Part shown: positions 48,853-59,274 of the stretch, one piece after another | Position numbering within the stretch: the stretch's first letter is position 1 | Layout of the letters: each line of letters begins with the position of its first letter | From: an uncultured Chloroflexia bacterium | GTDB lineage: Bacteria; Chloroflexota; Anaerolineae; B4-G1; SLSP01 | DNA length: 64,000 nucleotides | Reading direction: 5' to 3' | Assembly: GCA_963751345.1 (NCBI GenBank) | Contig: CAVVUS010000014.1 | Coordinates: 128,001-192,000, forward strand | The notes under the pieces: model-generated | What the model saw: only the letters and a program-made list of their open reading frames with translations | Database searches by the model: none | Told to the model about the DNA's origin: nothing | Translations under genes and position numbers: made by a program

Positions 48853-49662
48853 ATGCGACAATGGCTAAAAGAGCTCTGGGCCTACCGGAACCTCGTCTAT
48901 AATCTGGTCTCGCGCGATCTGAAAGTCCGGTATAAGAATTCCCTCCTTGGCATCATCTGGTCTTGGCTCAATCCACTTCTGTTGATGCTCATTTTCACGC
49001 TGGTGTTCGGTATCCTCCTCAAGCGCCAGGATATCCCGAACTACCACATCCTCTTTCTTAGTGCGATGCTGCCGTGGAACTTCTTCGTCGGTTCTGTGAT
49101 GGGCGGCATTCCGAGCGTGGTCGGCAACGCCAACTTGATCAAGAAAGTCTACTTCCCCCGAGAAGTATTGCCGATCTCCACGGTCCTCGCCAATATGGTG
49201 AACTTCCTGATCGCACTGCCGGTCTTCTTCGCCATTGCGATGATATCCGGGATCATGCCCAACCAGTATCTGTTGTTCTTGCCAATCCCCATTCTCATCG
49301 AACTCATCTTCGCCATCGGTATCACGCTTATCCTCTCGACCCTGGAGGTCTTTTACCGCGACACCCACATGATCATGGACGTGGCGATGCAAGCCTGGTT
49401 TTTCCTGACACCGGTGATCTACTCGGTGACATCGCTACCAACCCAGGTCACGCTGCTGGGAGTGACCTTCAATCCACAGGTCTGGATCTACCGTCTCAAC
49501 CCGATGGCCTCCATCATCAACACCTATCAGGATATCCTCTATAAGGGCACGCTCACTTCGGTCGACTTTCTGTCGCGCACGGCGGTGACCGCGTTGATCA
49601 TCCTGATTTTCGGGTATTGGTTCTTCCGCCATTTCAGTGGCAAGTTCGGAGAAGTGGTCTAG
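48853..49662 (+). CDS. wzm: ABC-2 polysaccharide export permease (Wzm-like)
   Basis: RDLKVRYKNSLLGIIWSWLNP, LIKKVYFPRE, FFLTPVIY, LNPM. Confidence 0.88.
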   Translation: MRQWLKELWAYRNLVYNLVSRDLKVRYKNSLLGIIWSWLNPLLLMLIFTLVFGILLKRQDIPNYHILFLSAMLPWNFFVGSVMGGIPSVVGNANLIKKVYFPREVLPISTVLANMVNFLIALPVFFAIAMISGIMPNQYLLFLPIPILIELIFAIGITLILSTLEVFYRDTHMIMDVAMQAWFFLTPVIYSVTSLPTQVTLLGVTFNPQVWIYRLNPMASIINTYQDILYKGTLTSVDFLSRTAVTALIILIFGYWFFRHFSGKFGEVV

Positions 49663-49765
49663 ATACTCAACGGCGCCGCACCGCGCGAGGGTATGTTGAT
49701 TCGACAAACCGGTGCAGCGGGCTTACACTTAGTCCAGCAATTCCCATCCCCAAAAGGAGGTCGCA

Positions 49766-50128
49766 ATGTATTACGGTATGTCCTCAGATGCACTCAAGAG
49801 GCTCTACGTGGAAGGCAGTCTGGAGAATCAGGATGATGGCTTTGCCTTTCAATTGAAGAACTTGGTGGACTCCGGCTCGGTCAGTGGCATCACAAAGTTG
49901 ACGGTGGATGGCGAGGAGCGGTCGCTCGATGGCGTCACGGTGGAGCTGGGTGGCAAAGTGCGCCCCGTTAGCGGCCTCTCGTGGTCCTCTTCCCTCTACG
50001 TGTCCTATGGCGCCATCCTGAAGATCTACGTTCCGGGCCAACTCGAACCGGGAGAGCACACCATCGAGGTGACGGTCAACGCGCCGGAGTTGGGCCGGCT
50101 CACGCTGCCCATTACCGCAACACTCTGA
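49766..50128 (+). CDS. Conserved hypothetical beta-rich protein
   Basis: Strong RBS aaggaggt; LKRLYVEGSLEN...FQLKN...LTVDG...LEPGEHTIEV. Confidence 0.6.
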   Translation: MYYGMSSDALKRLYVEGSLENQDDGFAFQLKNLVDSGSVSGITKLTVDGEERSLDGVTVELGGKVRPVSGLSWSSSLYVSYGAILKIYVPGQLEPGEHTIEVTVNAPELGRLTLPITATL

Positions 50129-50137
50129 GTCGCGCCT

Positions 50138-50206
50138 AACCTTGCGAAGGTTCAAGCCCGAGCCCCGGTGCAGTTTGCCGGGGAGTCGGGCCACCTTCGC
50201 AAGGTT
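50138..50206. repeat. Palindromic dispersed repeat (REP-doublet/MITE-like), copy 2
   Basis: aaccttgcgaaggttcaagcccga...tcgggccaccttcgcaaggtt. Confidence 0.7.
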
Positions 50207-50265
50207 TTGTTCTTGTAGACCTTGCCAGTCCAGACCGTTATGGTATAATCGCCGTCGTGGTGAGA

Positions 50266-50338
<73 letters not shown>

Positions 50339-50382
50339 TTCAGGGAAAAACCCTCCCTGTCACACAAAGAAAAGGTTAACGC

Positions 50383-50458
50383 GGGCCTGTAGCGCAGTTG
50401 GGAGCGCATCACAATGGCATTGTGGGGGTCGTGGGTTCGAATCCCACCAGGTCCACCA
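50383..50458 (+). tRNA. tRNA-Ala(GGC)
   Basis: GGGCCTG/CAGGTCC-ACCA acceptor with G3:U70, anticodon arm tcaca-at-GGC-at-tgtgg, GTTCGAA T-loop. Confidence 0.95.
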
Positions 50459-50491
50459 AAAAGCGGGGCGACTTTGCAGTCGCCCCGCTTG
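50459..50491. terminator. Terminator hairpin after the tRNA pair (likely bidirectional)
   Basis: aagcggggcgact/agtcgccccgctt stem. Confidence 0.7.
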
Positions 50492-50513
50492 CGTTACCAC
50501 GCGTCGCCTCACC

Positions 50514-51200
50514 CTAGATAAGAAAGATGACGGTCAGGACGATCACGACCAAGAGGGCCGGGAGCAGATTCACCGTCTTGATCTTCTTGATCTCCAGCAG
50601 GTTGAGTCCGATCCCCAGGATCAGCGCGCCGCCCACAGCCGTCAGTTGCCGGATCAGGATATCGGGAAACAGCATCTGAAACCGCGCCGCGACCAGCGTC
50701 AGGCTTGCCTGAACCAGGAATAGGGGCAGCGCGGAGAAGAGCACACCGACGCCGTAGACCGAGGCCAGCACCATCGAGGTAAAGCCATCGAGGATGGCCT
50801 TGCTCAGGATCAGCGTGCGATCACCGGTGAGTCCCTCGTTGAGTGCGCCTACGAACGTCATCGACCCCACGCAGAAGATGAGGAACGCCGTCACCAACCC
50901 CTCGGTGAAGCGCTCATTCTTGATGTTGATACGCGCCTTGAGGGCATCGCCGAATGCATCCATACGTGCGTCAAGCCGGGACAGCTCGCCGAGAATGCCG
51001 CCGAAGATCAAACTGAAGATCAGGATCAGAAAGTCGCCCTCGACCTGCAGCGCCATCTGCACGGCTAGGATGATCGTCGCCAGGCCAACCGCCTGGAAGA
51101 TGATCCCCCGGATCCGTTCCGGCAGTCGTTGTCGAACCAGCATCCCCACGGTGCTGCCGAGGATCACGGTCAGCGCGTTCACCATTGAGCCGATGGGCAT
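50514..51200 (-). CDS. DUF554 family membrane protein
   Basis: GSMVNALTVILGS, IFCVGSMTFVG, KAILDGFTS, NLLPAL. Confidence 0.85.
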   Translation of the reverse strand: MPIGSMVNALTVILGSTVGMLVRQRLPERIRGIIFQAVGLATIILAVQMALQVEGDFLILIFSLIFGGILGELSRLDARMDAFGDALKARINIKNERFTEGLVTAFLIFCVGSMTFVGALNEGLTGDRTLILSKAILDGFTSMVLASVYGVGVLFSALPLFLVQASLTLVAARFQMLFPDILIRQLTAVGGALILGIGLNLLEIKKIKTVNLLPALLVVIVLTVIFLI

Positions 51201-51254
51201 CCTCTACTCCTGACGCAAGATGATAGGGGCGGGCGTTTGGCGTGATCCGCCCGA

Positions 51255-52328
51255 TCAGAAGCCAAGCTCTCGGAGTTGCGCCGTACGGTCGCGCCAACTG
51301 GGCTTCACCTTCACCCACAGATCCAGGTAGACGTGCCCACCGATGAACCGCTCCAACTCGGTGCGCGCTTCCACGCCGATCTGCTTGAGGCGGCGTCCTC
51401 CTTTGCCGATGACGATCGGTTTCTGGGACTCTCTCTCGACCCAGATGCGCGCACCGACATAGAAGACACCGTTGTCACGCTCGCGGTAGTCCTCAACCAG
51501 GACGGCAGCCGAATGAGGCACCTCGTCCTGGGTGAAACGGAAGACAGCCTCCCGAATCAGCTCCGCCGCAATCTGGTGCTCGGTCTGATCGGTGATCTGA
51601 TCTCCCGGGAAATAGCGGGGGCCCTCGGGCAAATGCGAGATGATGTGCTCCCGCAGGATATCGAGGTTGGTACCGTTCAGAGCGCTCACGGGGATCGAGT
51701 CCGCGTAGGTAGGCAGCAGCGCCCAGTACGCCTCTATGCGTGCCTGAGCCTGCTCCAGCGTCAGTTGATCCATCTTGTTGAGCACAAAAAAGACAGGTCG
51801 CGCGCCCCCCTTCTCCTTGAGCAGCGTCGCGATCATCTCGTCATCCTCGCGAGGTCGTGCGGAAACATCCACCACAAAGAGGATCACGTCGGCATCGGGA
51901 ATCGCGGCCTCGGCCTCCGCAACCATGATCTTGTTCAGTTGATGCGGCAGGCTCTTGTGGATGCCGGGCGTATCGACGAAGATCACTTGATCGTCGGGTT
52001 CGGTCAGGATCCCCATCAGGCGATTCCGCGTCGTCTGGGGCTTCGAGGAGACGATGGCGACCTTGTGACCGATGAGCGCGTTGACGAGCGTCGACTTGCC
52101 GACGTTCGGACGTCCGATCAATGCGACGAAACCCGAACGGTGTCCTTCAGGCACCTCCTCACTTCGCCACGCCTCCTGGTCGGACTCAACGGCCTCACGC
52201 ACCACGCCGCCGCCGGTTTCGGCCAGGAACTGCTCGACCAAGGCCTCGGACTCTCCGAGAGAGTCGTCGTCCTCGACAGACGTCGATTGCGGCTCGATTC
52301 CCGGTTCATCCTGTCGATCTTCTTTCAC
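51255..52328 (-). CDS. era: GTPase Era
   Basis: SGFVALIGRPNVGKST, KPQTTR, DTPG, NKMD, ELIRE, IVIGKGG KH domain. Confidence 0.95.
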   Translation of the reverse strand: MKEDRQDEPGIEPQSTSVEDDDSLGESEALVEQFLAETGGGVVREAVESDQEAWRSEEVPEGHRSGFVALIGRPNVGKSTLVNALIGHKVAIVSSKPQTTRNRLMGILTEPDDQVIFVDTPGIHKSLPHQLNKIMVAEAEAAIPDADVILFVVDVSARPREDDEMIATLLKEKGGARPVFFVLNKMDQLTLEQAQARIEAYWALLPTYADSIPVSALNGTNLDILREHIISHLPEGPRYFPGDQITDQTEHQIAAELIREAVFRFTQDEVPHSAAVLVEDYRERDNGVFYVGARIWVERESQKPIVIGKGGRRLKQIGVEARTELERFIGGHVYLDLWVKVKPSWRDRTAQLRELGF

Positions 52329-52331
52329 AAT

Positions 52332-52988
52332 CTAGCCTTCCTTCACAAGATAGATGCCCGGCAGGCTGATCATCGTCGTCACGCCCTTGACCAGGACGTT
52401 GGCCCAGAAGATCGACCAGACGACGGCTGTCGGCAGGGTCGCACTAAATGCGAGCCATACGAAGATCAGGCTGTCCACAGGCACGCTGACGCTGTTGCTC
52501 ACCAGGACCCGTGCCCATTGATAACGTCGGGTCACGCGGCTCACCCACAGGTGGTAGATCTCGGTATCCAGCAACTCCCCGATCACCTCCGCGGCGATGC
52601 TCGCCAGGACGATGCGCCACACCGGGCTGAGTACGCTGGCGAAAGCCTGCTGCAGGGACCATGAGGGATCGGCGGGGAGGCGCGCCACGAACGCGAAGAA
52701 GAGGGCCATCAACAGGTTGATCACGGCTGCTGCAATCACCACGGTGCGGGCGGCTTGGCGCCCCAGAAGCTTGTGCACCATATCACGAAGCGTAAACGTG
52801 AACGGATAGATGAACGTCCCACCGTCAATGCTGAACCCGGCCACCAGTGCGATCTTCAGACTGCCGATGTCCGAGACCATCTGCGCCGCGATATATGCGG
52901 CTACGGTCAGAATACCGGCCTGCGTCAATGACACGGCCGATGCTTTCGCACGTTCTACAACTGCTACACTTCCCTCTCTCGTGGTCAT
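52332..52988 (-). CDS. yhhQ: Queuosine precursor transporter (YhhQ/VUT family)
   Basis: GTFIYPFTFTLRD, RIVLAS, LDTEIYH, SNSVSVPVDSLIF. Confidence 0.82.
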   Translation of the reverse strand: MTTREGSVAVVERAKASAVSLTQAGILTVAAYIAAQMVSDIGSLKIALVAGFSIDGGTFIYPFTFTLRDMVHKLLGRQAARTVVIAAAVINLLMALFFAFVARLPADPSWSLQQAFASVLSPVWRIVLASIAAEVIGELLDTEIYHLWVSRVTRRYQWARVLVSNSVSVPVDSLIFVWLAFSATLPTAVVWSIFWANVLVKGVTTMISLPGIYLVKEG

Positions 52989-53023
52989 CCGGGCAAGTAT
53001 ACCACGGATGACCTCAACGCCGG

Positions 53024-53506
53024 CTACTCTCCGCTCTTTCCCGTGATTTCCTCGATGGTTAGTTTCAATACCGCCACGGTGGGGAGGCGTCCGGGATCGG
53101 CAAGGAGACGGCGGCGCACCGAGATGGGATCTTCCTCCAGATGGTCGATCATGACGCCAAGCCCCGCCCTCTTAGCGTCGTTGGATTCCAGAAGCTCAAT
53201 CCGGCCCCAGAAGACGACCGACCCGTAAGCGTGGGAGCACTTACCCTTCTGATATCCCCGATCCACCACCACGGTCCCGCATACCCTCGGATTCTCGCGG
53301 ATGAACTCCAGCTTGAGCCCTTCGAGTGCCGAGTGGAAATAGAGTGCGTGCTGCTCAGGTGCGTAACCGTAGTTCAGTGTGACCAAATAAGGCTCATTCT
53401 GTCTGGCCATCGCCAGCGTGGCGTATTGCCCACCGGCCAGAATCGCCTCGATCGCCGCCGGATCCTTGATTTCGCCTTCGACTTTCTGCATATGATAGCG
53501 TGGCAT
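53024..53506 (-). CDS. Pyridoxamine 5'-phosphate oxidase-like flavin-binding protein (NimA-like)
   Basis: EPYLVTLNYGY, LYFHSALEGLK, YGSVVFWG, EITGK. Confidence 0.8.
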   Translation of the reverse strand: MPRYHMQKVEGEIKDPAAIEAILAGGQYATLAMARQNEPYLVTLNYGYAPEQHALYFHSALEGLKLEFIRENPRVCGTVVVDRGYQKGKCSHAYGSVVFWGRIELLESNDAKRAGLGVMIDHLEEDPISVRRRLLADPGRLPTVAVLKLTIEEITGKSGE

Positions 53507-53661
53507 CTTCGTTATAGCCTCCGTGAGCTTTGTGGGATGCGCAACCGACTCGCAGCAGTATAGAGTCTGCGAGGTGCCCGTCAACTGAGACGTCCCGCGT
53601 TTGACGGGGCCGCCAACCGGGCTACGATGGACCCGACGAGACCTCGGGATAGGAGAGCTGT

Positions 53662-56012
53662 ATGGAAACTATGCAGACAATGCTGACCCCGGTGCGCACC
53701 GCCCGGCTCCTCGACGACGTCATGGCTCGCGGTGGCGCGCACCTTCCCGGGCTCAATCCGTTCCTGTCCACCGTCGCCTTCTGGCGTGCGTTCGCGGCTG
53801 ACAGTCCCGTCGCGGCGATACCGATGGAGAGGAACGTGCGGTCGCGCGTCCAGATACGCGCACGCTACCTCTACGAACTGGTCAACCTGGCACCCATTGC
53901 ATTGGAACCCGAGTGGGACATCGTGGGCAATCACCTGCCCAACGACTACCATTCCTTACCTATGCCGAACCCAGCCAATCCCGATGATGTTGCACAGATG
54001 GCAGAGCTGGGCATTGCGCCTGCAACACTGAACGAGATACTCGATGTCGTGACAGCGTGGCGGCATCCGTCCTGGCAAGGGCTGGGAGAGTATCCGCTCT
54101 CCTACCGGCTTGGCGTGATGGGCACGGGCGACACCAGCGGCGTCTACTGGGCCCACGGATGGATGGAGAACCACTCCATCCGCGACTACGCCAAGGTCCT
54201 GGCGATCGGATTCGAGGGCATCAAGGACGAGATCGAGACGTGCCTGGCAACAGCCGATATCGCGGACCCCGACTACCCCCGGAAGGAGAGCTTCTGGCGC
54301 GCTGCGCTTCTCGTCTGCGAAGCCGGAGCCATGCTCGGTCGCCGCTACGCCGCCCTGGCCCGTGAAATGGCCGCGGCGACGTCGGGCGTCGAGGCCTCTC
54401 ACCTGGAGAGCATCGCCCGGCGCTGCGAACGTGTTCCCGCACGAGGGGCCCGCACCTTTGAGGAAGCCGTGCAATCGCTGTGGTTCGCCCATATCCTCAC
54501 CTGTGGCGAGGATGGCATCAACGCCAACTCCATCGGTCGTCTTGACCAGATCCTCTACCCGTTCTACAAGGCCGACCAAGATGCGGGTCGGCTGTCGCGT
54601 GACCGCGCGTTGACGCTGATGGAAGAGCTGGCGTGCCGTCTCTACCGCGACTATGACGTACAGGCGATCACCCTGGGTGGCGTCGATCGACAGGGCCAAG
54701 ATGCCGTCAACGACCTAAGTACCCTTATCCTTGAGGCAACGCGCAACGTCGGCGTCGTCCGTGACCTTTCGATCCGCATCGGGCCGGAGACACCCGATGA
54801 GTTCATCGACCTGGCCAGCGATCTCATCGCCCGCGGGGGCGGCATCCCCTTCATCTTTAACGATAACGCCTTCATTCCGGCACTGACTGACAGAGGCATC
54901 GCGCTGGAGGACGCGCGTGACTACGCGCCCATCGGGTGCGTCGAGTTGACGATTCCGGGCCGCGCCAATCCCCACGCGGTCTCGGCAGTCCTGTGTTCCA
55001 CAAAGTGTCTCGAATACGCGCTCTTCGACGGCAAAGATCCCCGCGCAGGCATCCAGGTGGGGCCGCAGACCGGCACGCTCTCGTCCTTCTGCCTCATTCG
55101 ATGACCTCTATGCAGGCCTACTGCAAACAGGTGGACTTCTTCGCGCGCCGTATGGTCTACCAGACCAATCGCGGCGAATTGGCCCAGCGAGAGGCAGGGC
55201 CGCAGCCCTGTTGGTCGACACTGACAGACGACTGCATCGCCCGCGGGCGCGACATCACGGATGGAGGCGCCGTCTACAATTACCACTCGGTCGCCTTTAT
55301 CGGAACCGCAACGACCGCCGATTCGTTGTTCGCGCTGAAACGACTCCTCTTTGAGGAGCGTGCGATCGGCGCCGCTGAGCTGCTGGAGGCCCTGACAGAC
55401 GACTTCGAAGGCTCGGAGCCGCTTCGCCAACGTCTTCTGCACCTGGCGAAATACGGCAACGATGACGCCGAGGTCGACCGGCTGGCCGCGCGAGTAGACG
55501 ACGACTTCATCGACCTGATGGACACGATGCGAAGCCCGCTGGGCGGACGCTACTTCGTCCACCTGTTCTCGTTTGTCTGGCACCTCGATTTTGGGCGAAA
55601 CGTCGGCGCCACGCCCGATGGGCGAAGGGCCGGCGAGCCGCTCGCCTACTCGCTCTCGGCCCAACAGGGGCGCGATGTCAAGGGCATCACGGCGCTGCTT
55701 ACCTCGCTCTCCCGGCTGCCGCACGCCAAAGCCGCCGGCGGATCGGCCGCGATCGTGGAGATCGACCCCGTGCTGGTCGAAGGGCCCGACGGCAGCGATC
55801 TCGTGGCCCAGCTCATCAAGACGGCAATGGAGATGGGGGTCGGGCAACTCCAGTGGAACGTCGTGACCGCGGAGCGTCTCAAGCAGGCGCAGGAGGACCC
55901 CGAGCGCTACGGCAACATCGCGGTCCGCGTGGCGGGCTACTCCCAAATGTTCAAGCTGATTCCCAAGGACCTCCAAGATCACATCATCGCCCGAACCAAG
56001 CACCGCAATTAG
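53662..56012 (+). CDS. Glycyl radical enzyme, PFL-like eliminase/dehydratase subgroup (frameshift near 55090-55110)
   Basis: VPARGARTFEEAVQ, SIGRLDQILYPFY, Cys loop IGCVE, KYGNDD, ATPDGR, glycyl motif VRVAGYS, IIART. Confidence 0.9.
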
Positions 56013-56027
56013 CTCACAGGAGACCAG

Positions 56028-56792
56028 ATGCGCCAGGATTATCCCATTTTGGAGTTCGATCCGACCCACAAGGCCATCATCGAGCCCGCCGAAATCATCA
56101 AGCCGGCGGACATCGCACCGGCCTGTGTTGTCTGCTTTTTCCAGGAGGTGCTCAGCCACCTCGTCGAGGAAGGTCAGCTTCGCAAGGTCACCAGCTCGAA
56201 GTCCGAGATCGGCGAGCACCCGTTCTACGACCTGCAGATCGACGATCGACACCTCACCGTCTTCCATCCCGGCATCGGCGCGCCCATGGCCGCGGCGCTC
56301 CTGGAGGAGGCCATCGCGAAAGGGGGGCGGACCTTCGTCGCCTGCGGCGGCGCCGGTGTGCTCAACCGGGAGATCGCCGTGGGCCACCTCGTCGTGCCAA
56401 GCTCGGCGGTGCGAGACGAAGGCACCTCCTACCACTACGCCCCACCGGCCCGCGAGGCTTACGTCTCGGCCCGGGTCGTCCGGACGATCGAGCGCGTCCT
56501 CACACGGCACAAGGTACCCTACGTGGTCGGAAAGACGTGGACGACCGATGCGTTCTACCGTGAGACACCGGGCAAGGTGGCCCTGCGGAAGCAGGAGGGC
56601 TGCCTGACCGTCGAGATGGAAGCCGCAGCCTTCTTCGCTGTGGCAGACTTCCGGGACGTGACCTTCGGCCAGATCCTCTACGGCGGCGACGACGTGAGCG
56701 GCGAGACGTGGGATTCGCGGCGCTGGAACGAGCGCACCTCGGTCCGCGAGAAGCTCTTCTGGCTGGCGGCCGAGGCTTGTCTGGAACTCTGA
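56028..56792 (+). CDS. Nucleoside phosphorylase (PNP/UDP family)
   Basis: GIGAP, CGGAG, AVRDEGTSYHY, TWTTDAFYRET, VEMEAAA. Confidence 0.88.
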   Translation: MRQDYPILEFDPTHKAIIEPAEIIKPADIAPACVVCFFQEVLSHLVEEGQLRKVTSSKSEIGEHPFYDLQIDDRHLTVFHPGIGAPMAAALLEEAIAKGGRTFVACGGAGVLNREIAVGHLVVPSSAVRDEGTSYHYAPPAREAYVSARVVRTIERVLTRHKVPYVVGKTWTTDAFYRETPGKVALRKQEGCLTVEMEAAAFFAVADFRDVTFGQILYGGDDVSGETWDSRRWNERTSVREKLFWLAAEACLEL

Positions 56793-56804
56793 AAAGAAGG
56801 GACG

Positions 56805-57368
56805 ATGAACATCTGCGTCTATTGCTCGTCCAGCAATGCCGTGGCTCCGGTCTTCTTCGAAGCGGCCGAGGTCTTGGGGCGTTACATCGCCCGGCGCGGC
56901 GACACGCTGATCTACGGCGGCGCCGACATCGGCCTCATGGGCGCATTGGCGCATGCGGCCAAGGATGGCGGGGGCCGCGTCGTCGGCATCATGCCCGAGC
57001 GCTTGGCGGCCGAACCTATCACGTTCGCAGCAGCAGATGAGTTCATCGTCACGCGCGACATGCGGGAGCGAAAAGCCCGTATGGAGGCCCTGGCAGACGC
57101 GTTTTTCGTCCTGCCGGGCGGCTTCGGCACCCTGGAGGAACTCGCCGAGATCCTGACCCTACGGCAGCTCGGGGAGCACATGAAGCCCATCGTCCTGCTC
57201 AACATCCGGGGATTCTACGATCCCCTGATCGCCCTCTTCGAGCATTACTACCGCGAGGGATTCGCCAAACCATGGCGCGAGCTCTACTACGTCACCGGCG
57301 ACGTGCAGGCAGCATTCGACTACCTGGATCAGTACGAGCCCGTCATGCCTCCCCGCAAATGGCTCTGA
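56805..57368 (+). CDS. LOG family nucleotide phosphoribohydrolase (TIGR00730-like)
   Basis: ICVYCSS, YGGADIGLMG, MRERKARM, PGGFGTLEE. Confidence 0.9.
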   Translation: MNICVYCSSSNAVAPVFFEAAEVLGRYIARRGDTLIYGGADIGLMGALAHAAKDGGGRVVGIMPERLAAEPITFAAADEFIVTRDMRERKARMEALADAFFVLPGGFGTLEELAEILTLRQLGEHMKPIVLLNIRGFYDPLIALFEHYYREGFAKPWRELYYVTGDVQAAFDYLDQYEPVMPPRKWL

Positions 57369-57414
57369 TGTGGAGGGGCAAAGGTGTGATCGACGACACA
57401 GGAGGTCAACCGCC

Positions 57415-58224
57415 ATGGCAGTTCAGCAGGATGACGTTCGCCGGCAGTATCACGACGATTCAAACCTGAACGCACGCAGCGCGCTCCACGAGCGCTTCAG
57501 CACCAACCCCTACGGGTGGCACCGGTGGGTCTTCGACCACCTCACCGTCGCTGCCGGCACAGGTGTGTATCCTCGAACTGGGATGCGGCCCGGGCTATCT
57601 CTGGGACGCCAACCGCGACCGTATCCCCGCCGGCTGGGATCTCACGTTGACCGATTTTTCCGCGGGCATGGTTGAAGCGGCAGTGCAGAAGCTCAACGAC
57701 CTCAACATCCCCCTGACGACAAAGGTCGTCGACGCCCAATCCATCCCCTACGAGGATGGCGACCTTCGACGCCGTGATCGCCAATCATATGCTCTATCAC
57801 GTCCCGGATCGCCGCCAGGCCCTTCGCGAAATCCGCCGCGTCCTCAAGCCAGACGGCTACTTTCTTCGCGACCACCGTGGGCGAACGGCATATGGAAGAA
57901 CTCTGGGATCTGGTGGCGCCCTTCGTCCCCGACATTCACGATCGCGCGCAGCAAAGTCGCCACCGGATTCACTCTGGAGAACGGGGCAGAGCAGATCGCC
58001 GAATTCTTCGACAGCGTGACACGCGACGACTACGAAGATGATCTGGAGGTGACCGAGGTACGACCGGTCGAGGCCTATCTCAAGTCGTCCCCCACCCTCA
58101 TGAACGGCGCGCTCGGATCCCTCCCAGTGGGCGACAGTGCGGCGAACGGTCGCGGCGACACATCGACGCGCGGGGAAGCTTTCACATCCACAAAGCCTCC
58201 GGGATCTTCGTGGCACGTCCCTAG
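57415..58224 (+). CDS. Class I SAM-dependent methyltransferase (several frameshifts)
   Basis: RQYHDDSNLNAR, ILELGCGPG, FDAVIANHMLYHVPD, RVLKPDG, FTLENG. Confidence 0.75.
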
Positions 58225-58238
58225 CAAGCGCGATAACG

Positions 58239-59248
58239 ATGACCTCCAACGTTGATCCCGCCTATCCCCTGGTAGACCTCCATCGCCACCTTGAAGGCGC
58301 CATGCGCCTTTCCACCATCCTGGAACTGGCGCAGCAGCACGGCATTCCGATGCCATCCGCCAATCTCGACGCACTACGCCCCTACCTCCAGGCGATGGTA
58401 CCCCAGCCGGGGCTGATGGCCTTTATCGAGAAGATCGACCGGAGTATTCGCGTCCTGGTCGACGCCGACGCGTGTCGCCGCGTGGCCTACGAGTGCGTCG
58501 AGGATGCCGCAGGTGAGGGCATTGACTACGTCGAGGTGCGCTTCAGTCCCAGGTATATGGCCGGCCCGCACGGGCTGGACCCGGCAGACGTAGTGGCGGC
58601 GGTGATCGAAGGTACCCACGCTGCGGCGCGCGACCACGATATCCGGGCCAACCTGATCGGCATCCTGAGTCGCACCTATGGGCTGGAGGCGTGCTGGGAG
58701 GAGTTCGAGGCGCTACGCTGCCATCACGAGCACATCACGGCGATGGACATCGCGGGAGACGAAGCCGCCTGGCCCGCCGAGCTCTTTGCCGAGCACTTCC
58801 GCGCCGGACGGGACCTCGGCTGGTCCATCACGGCGCACGCCGGGGAGGCAGCCGGCCCGGAGAGCATCTGGATTGCCATTCAGCAGCTAGGCGCCACCCG
58901 CATTGGCCACGGCCTCCACGCCATTGAGGACCCTGCCTTGATGGACTTTATGGCCGAACACACCATCGCGCTGGAGGTCAGCCTCACCAGCAACGTGCAG
59001 ATCAGCGCCGTGCCGGACTACGCCAGCCACCCCATCAAGACCTACGTCGAACGCGGGATCCCGGTCACCCTCAATACCGACGACCCGGCCGTGAGCCGGA
59101 TCACGCTGGCCCACGAGTACGACGTCGCCGCGCCCGCAGCAGGTCTCACCCGCGAAGAGATCCACCAGATCCAGCGCAACGCCCTCTCGGCCGCATTCCT
59201 CGACGACGCCACCCGCACAGCGCTCGAAGCCAGGAAACGCGGCAGTAA
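58239..59248 (+). CDS. add: Adenosine deaminase (true stop probably at 59246-59248, displaced by an indel)
   Basis: DLHRHLEG, YVEVRFSP, DIAGDE, HAGE, RIGHG, TSN, NTDDP. Confidence 0.92.
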
Positions 59249-59274
59249 GGAACTGGGAACGAGAACCGGTTTCT

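Noticed and set aside
55085-55115. Programmed frameshift or split GRE
   Set aside because: No slippery site, and similar indels occur throughout the window.
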